Source of the DNA: Raillietiella orientalis
Lineage: Eukaryota
Length of the DNA: 64,000 nucleotides
Assembly (NCBI GenBank): GCA_036172245.1
Contig: JAYWIR010000025.1
Span: 1,488,001 to 1,552,000 of the forward strand
Direction of reading: 5' to 3'
Under the pieces are notes generated by a model, which was not told where the DNA came from, did not search any database, and worked only from the letters and a program-made list of their open reading frames with translations. This document shows, one piece after another, positions 39,020-52,400 of this stretch (its first letter is position 1; each line of letters begins with the position of its first letter). Both the position numbers and the translations under genes were made by a program.

Positions 39020-41520
39020 GTGGTTTACTACCCGGTTGTGCAGGGGCGTTTATTCAAATAAAATGAACAAAGCATCCAGGAACAAAGTTCTCAGACTAAG
39101 GGATAAGTTCAGAGGGAGCCCCCGACGCGCAGGTCAGGCCGGAGATGGGATGGGAGAGAGGGAACCACAAATACATATATGAAAAAATACAAAAAAAGAC
39201 ATGAGGGAAGGAGGCACAGCGGTCTTTGGTTTCGGCCGTTTCTTCATTTCAGAACCGACTCTGAATACCGGCGATCTCCGTCCTGGCTTCTTCATTGAGA
39301 TGAGGCCACCTAGCAGCCGTCCAGATGTTGGAGCAGTCCTGACGACCTCTGTTGGGCCGCTCGCGACTCTAACCCGTAGTGAGCCATAACGATGGCGTGG
39401 ATACAACAGATCGTTGCGATGACTGTGCCTAGAGAGAGGCCGCCTCTAGTGAAGAAGAGGCGTATGATATCCATTGCGGTGTCCCCCTGGTACAGGAACG
39501 CTGAAGGCGGACTCCGCCACAGTCCTTGGAAGGCACCGCAGTCGAAGAGCAGGTTCGGGAGCGATTCCACTACTCCACACCTTCTGCAGTTCGGGGAGAC
39601 AACTCCCCCAGAAACCAGGTCCACGCGCTAGTTGCAATCAAACCCCAATGCAACAGCAGAAGCACGTCTTGCTTCCAACGAAAGGAGAACACAGGCTTGT
39701 CCACGCACGAGGAAGGGACCACAAATTCTTCGGGAACACACTCAGGAGCTCGCTTCACCGAAGGAGTCCCTTGGCGCAATTGCGAGGCGTCTACCAACTC
39801 ACTTGTCTTCCAACCTCCCAAGAGTCTGGGTCTCCCAAGGGTCCAGGAGACTTTCCACCCCGCCGGTAGACAACTGTTATCACTTGCCCATAGGGCGGAC
39901 AGCTCTGTGGCAAGGATCGTGGTGACCATGAGAGTCCACTTGTCCTGGTTCTGCAACACATGTTGCAGCGGAAGAGTGGTGGAACCGAGCAGGGTCGGCG
40001 ACTACAAACGCTACGGAAACCGAAGAGGAAACGAAGAAGGTGCGGGCTCGCAACTCCACGCATCCGTCTGGCTCTTCTTCAGCGCGCCGGTCTTCTGGTC
40101 CCTTAGGAACTTGAGGAACCTTGTCCCTTTCAAGAATGGAGCTGTCGACAAGATGGATGGGAAGGAGTAATCGAAGGTCGGAGATTTCTGGAAGAGACGA
40201 GAGAAGGGGATTTTTCTCCCCAGCTTCCGTCTCTTTCCTGGACGGTACAGCGTTGGATTCGTCTTGGATCTGGTCACGCCAGGACATTGATTCGAAGTAA
40301 ATAAACAGACACTCTCGTGTGCCTTGGGGAACGATTCAAGGAGCGCCGACAAGCAGGCAGGAGTTTGAAGAGAAAAATACGTGCTTAGTGCGGATGGGTT
40401 AAGAGATCAATGGGAGAATGGGAATAAATAAATAAATGCACGATATGTAAAAGCATCGGGCAGAAGTGCTTATCGTTGTCAGGACAAGACGCGATGGGGG
40501 AGAGAAGGGAAACGGAGAGTCACGTGTACCGTGCGCTGCGTTTTTCTTACGGCCTTCACGCTATCTGGGAGACGTACCCGTTGATTTCGGGACGAAGGCG
40601 CGGCCATCTTGTCACCCTCCATATCATGGAGTAGCGAGTTGACGAAGGCGGATTGAGCTACTGGCTGTCCTCGGTTGCTACCGCCCCCCGACTGCAAAGT
40701 GGTTCGCGACTGCTGCGCGGATAGGCAGCACAGCATGTCAGCGGTATGATGGTAGGGAGTCCATGCGGTGCGAAGGACCGCCTTGGGAGCTGAGGGAGGA
40801 GGGAATCTTCCGGATGCGGTGGGGTTGAGGCCACCCGATAGAGAAGAACTCGCAGCCCAGAAGCAGGTTCAGAAGCGATCCGATCGCCCGGCGCCGTACA
40901 CAATTCAGGGACGCATTCCTTCCCTTGTCCAGCGGTGGTCAAGGCGTTGGCTGAACAGGAAACCCCAGGGCACGAAGAGTGCTTCCGAGTGCTGCTGCCA
41001 CCGAAGGGGACGCACTGGACCGGCCAAGAGGATAGTGGAGACTCATCCCCCTGGCCGGTTCAGTGCATCCCTAGTACATGCATAGGATGTTGAGATTGCC
41101 TTCCCACCAGAGCAGTCCTTGTGTTGAAACACTTGGTTTCGTGACGTCTTGCACTTTCCTGGTGTCAACATTTTTAGCAAAGGTCTGGTCCGAGAAGGGT
41201 ATTCAAGAACAATGGGATGAAGTGAAGTCTTTTTCCAGCTCTTTGGTGCTGTGATAGATCACTTGACTGTCTTGAATGATGGTGATGCTACCATCTTGCC
41301 GGATGAAAAACTGCGCTATCGAATTACGGTTTCTGGCATCCTCGCCCGTGAATTCTGAGATGAGACGCAGTGATTCACTGATCTAAATGGCACTGAAGGA
41401 AGCTGGAAGGTGATTTTCTGCGATAAGGTCATCCCTAGTCGAACTTCGGTCTCTATCCTGGCCTGGTACTGCTCAAAGGCAGAAGAATGGTCATCTCGGA
41501 CTTCCTCCCTGATCCTTCGA
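39020..41520 (-). mobile_element. L1/Tx1-like LINE copy (RT to 3' end), degenerate
   Basis: GKAISTSYACTRDAL (~GRxIxDNxxxxRD), eroded YADD near 40735-40750, CRRCGVVESLPNLLFDCGAFQGLW, and the 3' motif at 39030-39054. Confidence 0.7.
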
Positions 41521-44500
41521 GAGCATCCCTGACGCTTTCGGAAGTTATTGAGAAAGAAAGGAGACCACATACAGAAGCCTCGCTGACTCTTTGTCTACAA
41601 GAGGTATGTTCATGTGATCGTTAGGAGCCTTCTTGGATCCTGGGTGAGGTGGAGGAGAGCTGGAGGTTTCAAGACGATACCTCGACAAAATGAGTCATCT
41701 TTTGGTTGCTCCTCTAGGAGGCCTCTAGGAGGGGAAAGGTCCACGCGAACAGCCTCCGAGCACGGTCTGGTTCAGTCCTGTTTCCCCATTCGCATTCAAT
41801 AAATCCGCGATGTACGACTTCTAAGGGAGGAACCGTTCAGAACATCGATTCCTAGAACTAGTACCACCCGATGCAGATGGGGAACGAGAATTTTTGAAAA
41901 GGATTCCACAACTCCTTGAAGATCGAAAGCCTTCTTTTATTCAGACAGAACAAGATGTTCAAGACTGCAGCCATCCCGGCCCTTTATTTTATGCAATCCC
42001 TCTTTTTACTCAACGAACGGATCCACTCTCGCATGTTCCTGGAATTTGTAGCTTTTCCAACAAATCCTGATCTCCAGCGTTCCAGGTTCCCAGTAAACCC
42101 ACAACGATCATGCTTGGGTTCCTTCTGAGAGCGAAGGGGAAGGTTCATGGTTCCAACATCTTTTTTTCCTTCCTAGAGCCTTCTTGAACGCTGCCGGCTC
42201 GCGTACGTCTAGTATGGCGGCGAGGATTTCAGGAAGGAAGAAAAAGAATGCCAAGCGCATTTCGAAACCACGAAAGGATGGATGCTGACGTCAAGCACCA
42301 ATTCCTCGCAACAACTCCGTTTCCATGTCTTCACGCTGAAAATCCTTCTGTACGCGAGGACGAGAAGCAGTTGTATGTGCGAGGAAGAGAGCTAAAAGGC
42401 CTTCACTCACCTAAAGTAGTCTGCAAAGATCGGGAGCTGTGCATCCCAAACTCAGCATTGACGTTTCCATCACTACGGAATCTGTCTATTCTCTCGATTC
42501 ACTTTCGTGTGTCTGCAGAGATTCGAGGTGCAAGTCGAAGATGGTCATCCGTGAAGGTGCAAGCACTTGAGTGGCAGCGGTTCGCCGTCTGTATTTTTTT
42601 TTTCTTCGTTTGAATAGGAGATTTACTTGGGAGCAGCTGGATTTCGATGGTCGTGTACATTTCTCTTCGATTACAAGCCTAGAAACTCACCTCTTTCCTG
42701 CTCTTCAGCAAACTTTTCCTTGAGATCTGCTTTTGTTAACACACCAATGGAGAGGCTGGTTTCCTGGTCATCGTCTTCATCAGCTTTCGAGCGCGGTTCC
42801 TCCTCCCCGAACATTCTTCTGCTCGTGAGGTCACAGTATTTCGAGAGGATGGGAGTCTGCTCACGTGAAACCCACAGACAGAGGCTCTCCGAAGAGAATT
42901 CTCGTGTCGTGGTGCTCTTTCGCTCGGGTCACCTGCTCGCCGTGTCTCTTCCCCCCCTCCTCTTCCTACAAGCACTCTTCAGGTCTTTTGTAAGAGACAC
43001 GACTGGAGCAAGAAGGCCGTGAAGATCCACCCTGGTCCGTCACTCAGCTTCTCATTTCCAAGGAACCTACCTGGAGACTTCAGTCAACGGAATGATGTCT
43101 GCCGTCGCTCTCGGCTTCCAGGGAGCTGCCTTGAGAAGGTGCACGCCCGCGTTTTGTGTACTCGCGTAAAGATGCACTCGCACTCGCATGCGCGCACGCA
43201 CGCAAAGAAAGAAAAAGGAAAAGAAAGAAAAACACAAAGCGGACATGAAAGGTGACGGGGAGCTTGAAGGAGCGCGCGCGAAGGTACGAAGGCGCTCTCT
43301 CTGTGGATGCTCCCACCTGCTCTAAAAGAGCTCTTAGCTAAGCTGGCCCGTTTTTTCTCTTCTTCGAACCCTTCGATACGAAGACCTGGATTCCTTCCCC
43401 TTGGAAGACACTTTTTCACTCCTGGGCTCCGCAAGCGCAAGGAGTTCTCAGCCGCTGAACTTTCACAAACGGAGGGAGCAGAGAAAAGTCCAAGTGAAGA
43501 AAGGGAGTTTGCAGAGTCGGGATAGGTGGGGTTTTCTGGTCAACTTGTTGTCGTGTCGTCAAACTGCGGTTAAAACAGCGACATGACCTCCTTGTGGGAG
43601 CTCAGGGAAACTCCCGAGTGGAACTTAGAACTCAGGAATCGGACCCGAATGATCTCGCAGCCATTTCGCTAGGGCTCGAGAGCGCTTCGAGAAAATTCTC
43701 GATGGCATGCAAACTGAAGCCGGGCATCTACAACGGGAGTTTGGTTTTCTGAAATTAGCTACACGCTCCAACAACCCCGGACACCACGATACTACTCTTC
43801 ATTCATTGGAGGAAACAAACCGGGTGCGAGGAAGGTTCCCGGTGGATATGTATTTTCAACGAAACGACTTCCCGGGAAGATGGACTTCTTTTCTGTCTTG
43901 AGCTTGTGGAAAGTGCGGAAACGCTTTTTCCTCTTGTGAAATTTCACTTCATCCAGGAGCTGAGAAAGGAAAAATCCTTCTGCATGTCGGAGCAGCCGAC
44001 AATGCACTCTGGAAGTCCCTCCGAGCAAAATGACAGTGATCCGAAAGCTAGGAAGAACCGAGAAATAGCCAAAAGCACCCCCGCCGAAAGAGGAATCAAG
44101 AAATTTTCTTCAGTCCAGATTTCTAGGCACGAGATACAGCCAACCGAAGAGGAATTTCCTAGGTGAGAAGAAAGTGGAAGTACCAATTTATATTGCTTCC
44201 TCCTCTCATCACAACTCCACAAAAGACTTTTATAGTGTGCTGATGAGGGTTTCGGAAATTCATCAAACACAGCCCCGTCTCGTGAAGAAGACGACTCGAT
44301 CCATCTCAGGTAGCGCCCCCAGAGTGATGTAATCAATACAAGAAGCATTTTTCGGACTTCATGGCACCATGGTTGACGGCTACAGATACGATTCAAAGGA
44401 GATGGTTCTAGAAAATCCTAATGACTTCGTCCCGTTGCAAAGAGAGACCGGGAATCTTCTCGGAAACAAGAGAAAAACTGATGCAATCGCCGATCGGGAC

Positions 44501-46599
44501 GGAAGTCGCGTACTCAGCGGAATGGGGAACTCGAAAACAGGCCGCTGCAGAACATTTGGACGCGAATCGGCTCATCTAAAAGGTTGCACGGAAACGGACG
44601 TTTCCACATCCGCTTGAGATTGTCAAGGATTTGTACGTGCACTCTTGGTTGTACACAAAAATAGAAATGCAAGAACCGGAAGGTCAGAATTTCCAAAATT
44701 TGCATGCCGACGAAAATGCGCTGCTTCCAGTTTCTTGCCTTAAAGACAGGAACGATCAAAACATATTCATTCTGCTTTTTTTTTTTTTTTTTCCAGAGAT
44801 AATTGGGAACCTGAGAGTTTTCTCGCCGTGAGGCGGTTCTATCTGCCCCACGAAAGCTCAAAAGAAGCCATCATCGTTTACGTCAAAACTTGCGATGGTG
44901 ATCGCATTAATCGGTGATTCAGAACACGTTACAGATCTTAAGAATCCATGGTGTTTAAGAAGGAATTTTTTTGCTGGTCAAGGTCATGACATTGTCGCTC
45001 GCTTCCAGGATCGTGAAGCCGACTCTTTGTCATTCCGTGAGGCGAAGTGAGCCGAAGGCTGCATTGCCAAACCGGCTCGCCTCTGCAACAGACTTCCGAT
45101 CTGCTTCTCATCTTGGCTCCGACTAACGCGACTTCTCGAGCAATTCCGGGACACTTGGATGTTCTGCAAATCTGTTTGTCTCCATAAAGGCATTCCCACA
45201 CAACCAAGTGTTGAGCAAGTGCGCTTCTGTAGGCAGAAGGGCAGGTTCCACGGAATAGGCAGGGCGGCCTAATAGAACGGTTGTCGAAAATCAGGAAGTC
45301 TTCCAGGGATCTTTGGTAGCTTCTGTATTCCGGCTTTCGAACTCGTTACTTTGATGGAGAGATTGCAAAACTTTGCAACCAGCTCAAGAAAAGAACAAGC
45401 GGATCCTTTTTCCAAGTGCTCCAGACGAGAGCAGCTCCACCATACCGGTTCTGTTTTCCATGACAGGCAACAGACTCAGATGTCATCGACTTTTATTACT
45501 GCGGCCACTTGAGAACCCAAAGCAGTAGTCTTGGGTTGGATGATGGTGATGGTCAAAGCATACAGGAAGCTAGATGGAGCGTACCAAACAGAAGGATCGA
45601 GTGGTTCGTTTCTAAAGAAAAAGGGATTGCACAGAGAGACTACAGTTACCATGACAGACATTCCACAGTGAGACCGCAGTTACCACCACAGATGAGGCAG
45701 CCTCTTCAACAACGGACGACTCTTGCGCTCTCTCCCCACCGGAATCTCCCCTGAAAGACCATTGGTACAGTTTGACGGGCGGAAAAGTTCATACAAAGTG
45801 TGATGAAGCTTCTCCTCAGTGCTAGAGGGACCAAATGGATGAACACAAGGATTGAGGGAGCATCATTTTTTTCTTCTTATAACTTGGCTGCTATGTGCTT
45901 GGTTGTTGTATGCGTTCGGATGATGAAGGATGGCACAGTATGAGCTTGAGAGACGAGATGCAATTCAAGCAGGCAATGAACAGGAGATAAGCAGAAAGAA
46001 AAGTGGGTTCGTTGCAGAAAAATCAGCAGCTAGAGGGGTCTTCCGACCAAGGGTCCCACCGCAGCAACGCCTTCCTTCCAGTTGAGCCAAGAGCCAACAA
46101 GAGCAATCATTCTTGGCTATTTCGGTGACGATAATCCCAGCGATCAAGGATGCCTCGAATCCTTGAATTCAAATCGGAAAGGTGGAACTGGCAAGGGGGC
46201 GAAGATGACGCTGCATTTCGTGCTTGCCGATTGCGACGAAAACCTCTCTCCCGATGTGCAGCAGGGAGAAGACCCAGAGGTCGATCCTGGTTGCACCTCA
46301 ACCCTGGGAAGGTTCTCATCCTGAGAACGACAGCCGTACGATCCAAATAACGGCTTTCTTTTTCTTCTTTACCTGGAGAAGCCACGAGCTCGTATAGATC
46401 GGAGTCCCCAAAAGTAGCAGCAGCAGCAGCAGCAGCAGCGCTCTTAAAAGACTGCCCTCATTGGCGTCCGTGTGACTATGGTCACAGCTCCTGGAACCAA
46501 GTATTGCGGGTTCAATACCCGCGTTGAGAATCAAAGGCAGAGAAATGGATGCACCTTGCGATTTGAGTCCCCTCGCAGGACGACGCTGGCTGGCCTGTA

Positions 46600-47340
46600 G
46601 GCATCAAGTGCGGCATTGGTGGAAACCGGATGCCCCTGTTGATTGGACCAGTGTTGGAAGCTGACGCTCTGTGGTCCTTGAGGAAATCAAGCAGCCTTTT
46701 AGGGTTGCTCTCCAGTTGTGGAAATGGAACCATCCTCCATCCTTGGGGAAGGACCTTCCACCTCGTTTGTACCATGGAGCTGGTTGACTGATACCTCTCC
46801 AGAGTGTCAGAAGCGCGCGGCTCCCCTCGGAGAGCGACCCTCAGGGACATTCGAAAGCGTCCCTTCGGGACTTTCTTCAGAGGAGGAAACAGGGAGCGGT
46901 TTCCTTGTGGGTTCCTCCAGGGAAGAAATTTCGAATCCTTTCCGGCTTCTCTCTAGAAAAAAAAAAGAGAAGCAGTCCCCTATGGGGGACCCTCCGGAGG
47001 AAATAAGGAAGAGGTTCACTCCGGGTACAACCAGGGCGGAGGCTTTCCTTAGGAGTTCCCTCGCAAGCGTCAGAGGAACGAACTCCTTCATTCGGAGCAT
47101 TCCTGGATTCATAGTTATTCTTCTCCTGGAATACCCCCTAACTTGAAGAGTCACTACACGCACTCTCGCATGGAGTGGACAACCTTAAAGAGTTTCGTGA
47201 GCTTCCCTTAAGGAGGCAAACGGTTCTTCAGCACTCCTTGCAAACCAAAAAAAAAAAGCTAGAGGGAAAAGCAGGGAAAACAAAAGAACCCAGAAGGGTT
47301 TCCATTATCCTAGGCCAATCCTTCCTAAGGGACGCAAGGG
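46600..47340 (-). repeat. Further copy of the 12.2-13.3 kb dispersed repeat
   Basis: Visible nucleotide similarity to 12240-12850 (ggcattggtggaaaccgg~ggcgctggtgaaaatcgg; tcctggattcatag; acttgaagagtcac). Confidence 0.6.
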
Positions 47341-47399
47341 ACAGCGTAATCCCGGCAAGGTGGGAAGTGACGTGCTGCATAGGAGCAAGAAAAAACTTC

Positions 47400-48320
47400 T
47401 GGGGGCGGGAACAACTCAGTAGGTGACGCGGCGACCACGAGGGTCCCACCCCAAGGAGTCCTACGCTGAAGAGAGCTGCTCGACATCCCTCCGGCGGAGG
47501 CGAAGTAACCCCCAGCGTGCTGGGACAGTGTCGCCCTCTCCCACAAGTGACGCGAGTTGGCGTTGCTGGTGGTGCATGGGAGAATCCCACCGAAGCGCGA
47601 CTTCACCACTGGACACGGGGGGAGGAGGTGGTGCGGGAAGAAGGAGACCCTCCAGAACCTGCTGTTGGACTGTGTTGCCCTTCAACCCCTTTGGGATCGC
47701 CTCACGACTATCCTGGGAATCCCTGGTGGGCAGCTCCAGGGACATTTTCAAACATTTCTTCCTGCGTGCTGCCGCGCTGCCGTCAGCCCCGTTCCTCGCA
47801 CTCTGCTGTCTTCGCTGTCTTGGCGGGATAGTGGCGCCCCGGAACGCCAGAAGAAGAGGCCAAAATGGCAAGGACGCCATCCACTGGGCACGGATCTTCC
47901 TGCAAACCGCCTCGAGATGACTCCAATTGGGCTATACACGAACAGAACTTACCAGCAGCATCCCAAACAGGATGCAGAGGACGCCTGGCAGCGTACCGTA
48001 ATCCTTCCTCGTTCCCACCCCCCCTCCTTGTGTAAAATCTCCCCTCTTCCGTTCCTTTGTATTTATTTTTCCGTGTGTGCTTTTGTTTCCCCTTCTGCCA
48101 CGCTGCCGAAGCGGACCTCACAGGTCTGCGAACCGGAACTCGGCAGGTTCCAAGCACGTGGTACAACCAACCTACCACACCAATTTGTTTTGATTGCTTT
48201 ATGTAATAAACGCCCCGGCATAACCGGGTGATAATCACCCTAGGCCAGTAGTGACGACAATCTCCCCGTGAGGTCGCTACTGGCCTTTTAAAAAGGAAAA
48301 GAAAAGAATAAAAAGAAAAA
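47400..48320 (+). mobile_element. L1/Tx1-like LINE 3' end with zf-RVT, stem-loop and A-rich tail
   Basis: WCGKKETLQNLLLDCVALQPLW; AATAAACGCC at 48205-48214; 14-bp stem 48242-48255/48273-48286; A-rich tail 48290-48320. Confidence 0.75.
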
Positions 48321-49479
48321 TGACTGACCTCTCGACGATCCTAGATATGATCCCAGAAGCACAAAGCAGGAGGGACCACAACAGGTGGTGACACCGGTAC
48401 ATGCGCTGCACGAGCAAAGCCCCCACCTCATCTGCTCTTCAACATCCGTGCTTTTTCTATGCACCTAACGTTGCGTGATCTCCCAGCTGCCAGCTCCTTG
48501 CGCAAAGTTCGTGCAGTGAAGGAAGGAGCAGGCTTTCCCTCCCGGGAGAATAGAAAGAAAAAACCGGTCCCTTAGGCAACATGGCGAATGCCGAGCGACT
48601 CCATCTCGACAGCGCTTCCGGTTCCCGTTCCTCAGAAGGAATTCCATCTCGCAGTCCATCGAGCGGGAGTGAAGTGCCAGCGACGACTCTGTCGGAGCGC
48701 ACCCTCCCCACAGATGGTCCACAAAAATCAGGGTCTCGTCTCGGGGACTCCCCCATCAACGGGAACGTGTGCAGAACCGAGGTGCCACCGCCGCCGAGGA
48801 ACCGCGACTTTCTTAAGGATGAGACGCACCTTGGCACAAGAAGAGAAGCAGCTGTGGCGGTCATTTCCCGTTAGTTTCAGCCGGGCAGGTAGGAGCGGAG
48901 TGACTGCGGACGAACCAAAGGCAACCGGGGAGCGGTGTTGCGTCTTCCAAACCAACACGCGACCCCTGCGGGCAAGAGGACTCGAAAGAGACGTGCCTCC
49001 TTTGCGACCCTTGCATTTCGAGCACACCGAGCAGCCTGCTTGAACCGGAGAGGAAAAATAGATCTGAGTGTGTGCTGCTCCAAAATGAAGTGGTCCGAAT
49101 CTCACTGGAGGCATGACTGGGAAAGAAGATCCACAAGAAACAAAGCAGTGCTCAATAGGTAAATAGGGTCTGGGACGAAACAGCCTGACAGCGGCACCCG
49201 TGATTTCCGAGGGTTTGCGTTGGGAGAGCTAGAGCGCCATCACTGGTTGTGAGCAGCCGAACTCCCGCAATTGTCTTTAGCACCACCTGAAGGATGCGAG
49301 AACGAGGAGGAAAGGAGGGGAAAGGGAAAAGCAGAGAGAAGGAGGGAAGGATGGAAGAGGAAGAAAGGGGGGAGAGCTAGGATGAAAAAGGAAAAGGAAG
49401 GGAGGTGGAGGAGGAGGAGGAAGGGGGGGTTGAAGGACGAAGGAAGGAAGGAAAAGGACAAGAGAAGGAAGGAAGGGTG

Positions 49480-52400
49480 GAAAGGGCAGGAGGCGGCGGT
49501 CGTCTGTGGGCTGCTCGCGTGCTTGTGCGCGGCCTCCAGCGGTGCGGCAGTCACCTAGCCCTTCAGGCTCGACGGGGGAACGTAGGTGACGTCGTCGGAC
49601 GCTCAACCGAGGGAGGGCAGTGGCGGCGGCGGCGGCGAGGGGAAGGGGAGGGGAGGAGAGGTTAGCAAGGGTTCGGCGCGTTCCAGGGGCCTCCGGGGCG
49701 AGGGGACACGTTGCGCACCCGCTCACCCTTCCGGTCGTCCCCCTCCTTTTCCGGAGGAGGAGCAGGGGGCGACGGAGGAATCTCGGCAAACAAACAGGTC
49801 GCGGCGCGGTGCGGGCCCTTCGGGGATGCCGCACGCCTCCAAGGCGGCTGTGTTGGAACGCTCGAGGGAGCGGGGGTTCAAACTGCCGCCGCCGCCGCCG
49901 CTGCCGCGGGCGACCACCGCTTTTGCCTCGGGAAACGCGGTCGCCCGCCGCCGCCGCCGTCTCGCGCTTGCCGGCGGGAACGCTCCTCCGGGACGGCTCC
50001 GCGAAAAGGGGGGGGGGGGAGAGGGAGGAGAGGGGAGTAGGGAAGGGAGGACGAGGGAGTGGAAGTCTTGTTTGGGACGTCTGCGGCACTGGAAAAAGAA
50101 AGGAGGAAGGAAAGGTGCTGCTCCGCTCGCGCCAGATGCGCAACAGCGCCTCCACCGCGGAACGATCCGTGGTCGCTCGTACGGCGGCCGCCGCCGTCGC
50201 CTCTCCTGCGGGCGGCCGTGTCCCCCCCCCCCCTCGTGACTCGCACGCCCAGCCGCCGCGCGCCGCGTGCGCGGACCCCGCGCGGAGAGAGAGCGCGTGT
50301 CGCCGTCACCTTCGGCGAATTCCCTTTCGGCACGAGGAGAGGGCGGAGGGGTGGGTTAGGAGGGAGGGAGGGAGGCTGCGGCGGCGCCAGGCGCTGCTGC
50401 TGCTGCTGAGGCGGCGGCGGCGGCGCCGGCGGCGGTGACGTCACCCCGCCTTGCTCTCTCTCTCTCTCCTTCCTCTCTCCTCCACCTCCTCCACGCGGTG
50501 TTCTTAAAAAGTAGGTCAGCGGCGAGGCCGGCAGCACACGATCGTCCAGCCGGCGAGCGCGTTGCTGGTGCTGTTTCTGGTGCTGCTGCTGCCACTGCCG
50601 CCGCCGCCGCCGCCTCCACAGAGCTCCGCCGCCTCGCGAGCGCGCCGCGTCGCTCGCACCGCACTCGCGCCTGCCTGGCCCCCCCGTCGTGACGTCACCA
50701 GCATCTCCCGCGTGCGTCCTCCGCCCCATCCGCCCCTTGCCGCCGCGTGAGCCCTCCAGACAGCAGCCCAGCCCCTCCTCCGACCCCTCTTTTCGGGCGA
50801 CTGCCCCGACGCCACCCTTCCCTCTTCTCGCCTCCACGGGATGCGCCGCCGTCGCCAGCCGACTGCCCCGTCGGCGCTGGCGCTGGCGCCGCCCCGGACG
50901 ACGATGACGACGGCGCTGATGGTGCCGCTGCTGCTTCTGCTGCTGCGATCCCCAGGTAGGTCGCGCGGAGGGTACCGTGGGGGAGGGGGAAGGGAGTGTA
51001 TTTTTGGAATTCCGAGGGAAGGACACGAGGCGTCTCCGTCCTTCGTGGGACGCCCTTTTATCCCGTCCCACTCTTTCACTTTGCTTCCCTCATCCACAGC
51101 CGGCTCCATCTTCTTCCCTCCCTCTCCCCCAGCATGTGCGTGAGTCCGTCTTGCGCTCCCTTCCCCTGTTCTGAACGACTCCCAAAACCCCTCCTTTCCT
51201 TTTTGAAAAGAGAGGGAGGGAGGTGGCGCCCAATTGTGGGGATGGTCAAGTGCAGCGCCGGCGGTTTCTGGAGAGATGCGCGCGCGCCGGTGGATTCTTC
51301 TTGTACGAATTCCCCCTGTCCCGCTTCTGAATCTTTGGGAAGGAGGGGGAGAGCGGCGATGGTCTCTGCGGCAGCGGCAGCACACGGGCAGACGGCAAAT
51401 CGCGCCTTGCTGCTGCCCCCCCTATCCCTTACCCCTCCTCTTCCCGTCACGAGTGCGACCGGACTTCCGCTCCTGCTCCTGCTTCCCCTCCCCGAGCACC
51501 CATCGTTTTGCCCGGATGCGCACCTGAGAAACCTGTCGTGCGCGCACGCGTGCTCCGGCACGGGGAGGTTTCCGTAGCAACCGGCGACCTTTCGGCAGCC
51601 GAGGAGAGAGGAGGAAGGAAAAAAGAGAGAGAGAGAGAGAGGGCGCTCCGTGTGGGCAGAAGCATGCAGCCTTTCCCGTTGCCGAGCTACCGAGGCGCTC
51701 GGAGTGGACCTCGCGCGCCACCAGCCGTATCTTTTTCCTGGGAGTGAATCCGTAACCGAGCGGGGTGCCGCGAAGAACCTCCGCCAGCACGCGCGTGCGC
51801 AGCGTGGCGTCGTCGGCGGCAGCCGCAGCTGGAGGGACGGAGGCGGCCGTTGCGCAAGGACCTCCGTCTCGCTCACACCCGCGCGAGCGGCCGATCCGGA
51901 CGGAGTGCGGCCCTCCTAAGAGGGAGAGGAGTCGCGTGGTCCGTCCCACTGCCCCCTGTGCCCATCCTCTTCCTCTGCCTCTTCCTCCTGACAGGAATGC
52001 CATCGACGAGGCAGCTGTCGGTACGAAGCGGCCATTTCGGGAGACTCCCAAGCTGGCCATGATGGTCCGGAATTCCTCCACAGGGCGGGAGCACCCGGCA
52101 GTGACCGATCGGCAGGTCGCATTTGGTCCACCCTGGGCGAAGCGTCCCCATCCGGAGGTCGAGCACACGTCCCGAAGCGCGGGACGCCTGCGCGTCCCGT
52201 GCGTACCTTTCATCCGTGTGGCTCACCCCACCCTCCGGAGCGGGATTCCCCCCGCGGGGTAGGTAGGAGGGGGGGGGCGCACAGCAAGGCGCCGCCCCCG
52301 CACGCGCGCACCACGTCCTCGCCGTCCGCGGGCGGCGGTGGCGGCGGACGGCAGCGCAATCCCGCCGCCGGCCATGGAACCACGGACGCACGTCACACTT

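Noticed and set aside
49200..50800. Head-to-head DUOXA/NIP maturation-factor gene, as in vertebrates
   Set aside because: No DUOXA-like N-terminal sequence recognised on the minus strand
51995..52258. Extra Duox exon after a strong polypyrimidine tract
   Set aside because: In the required phase it hits a stop at 52060-52062
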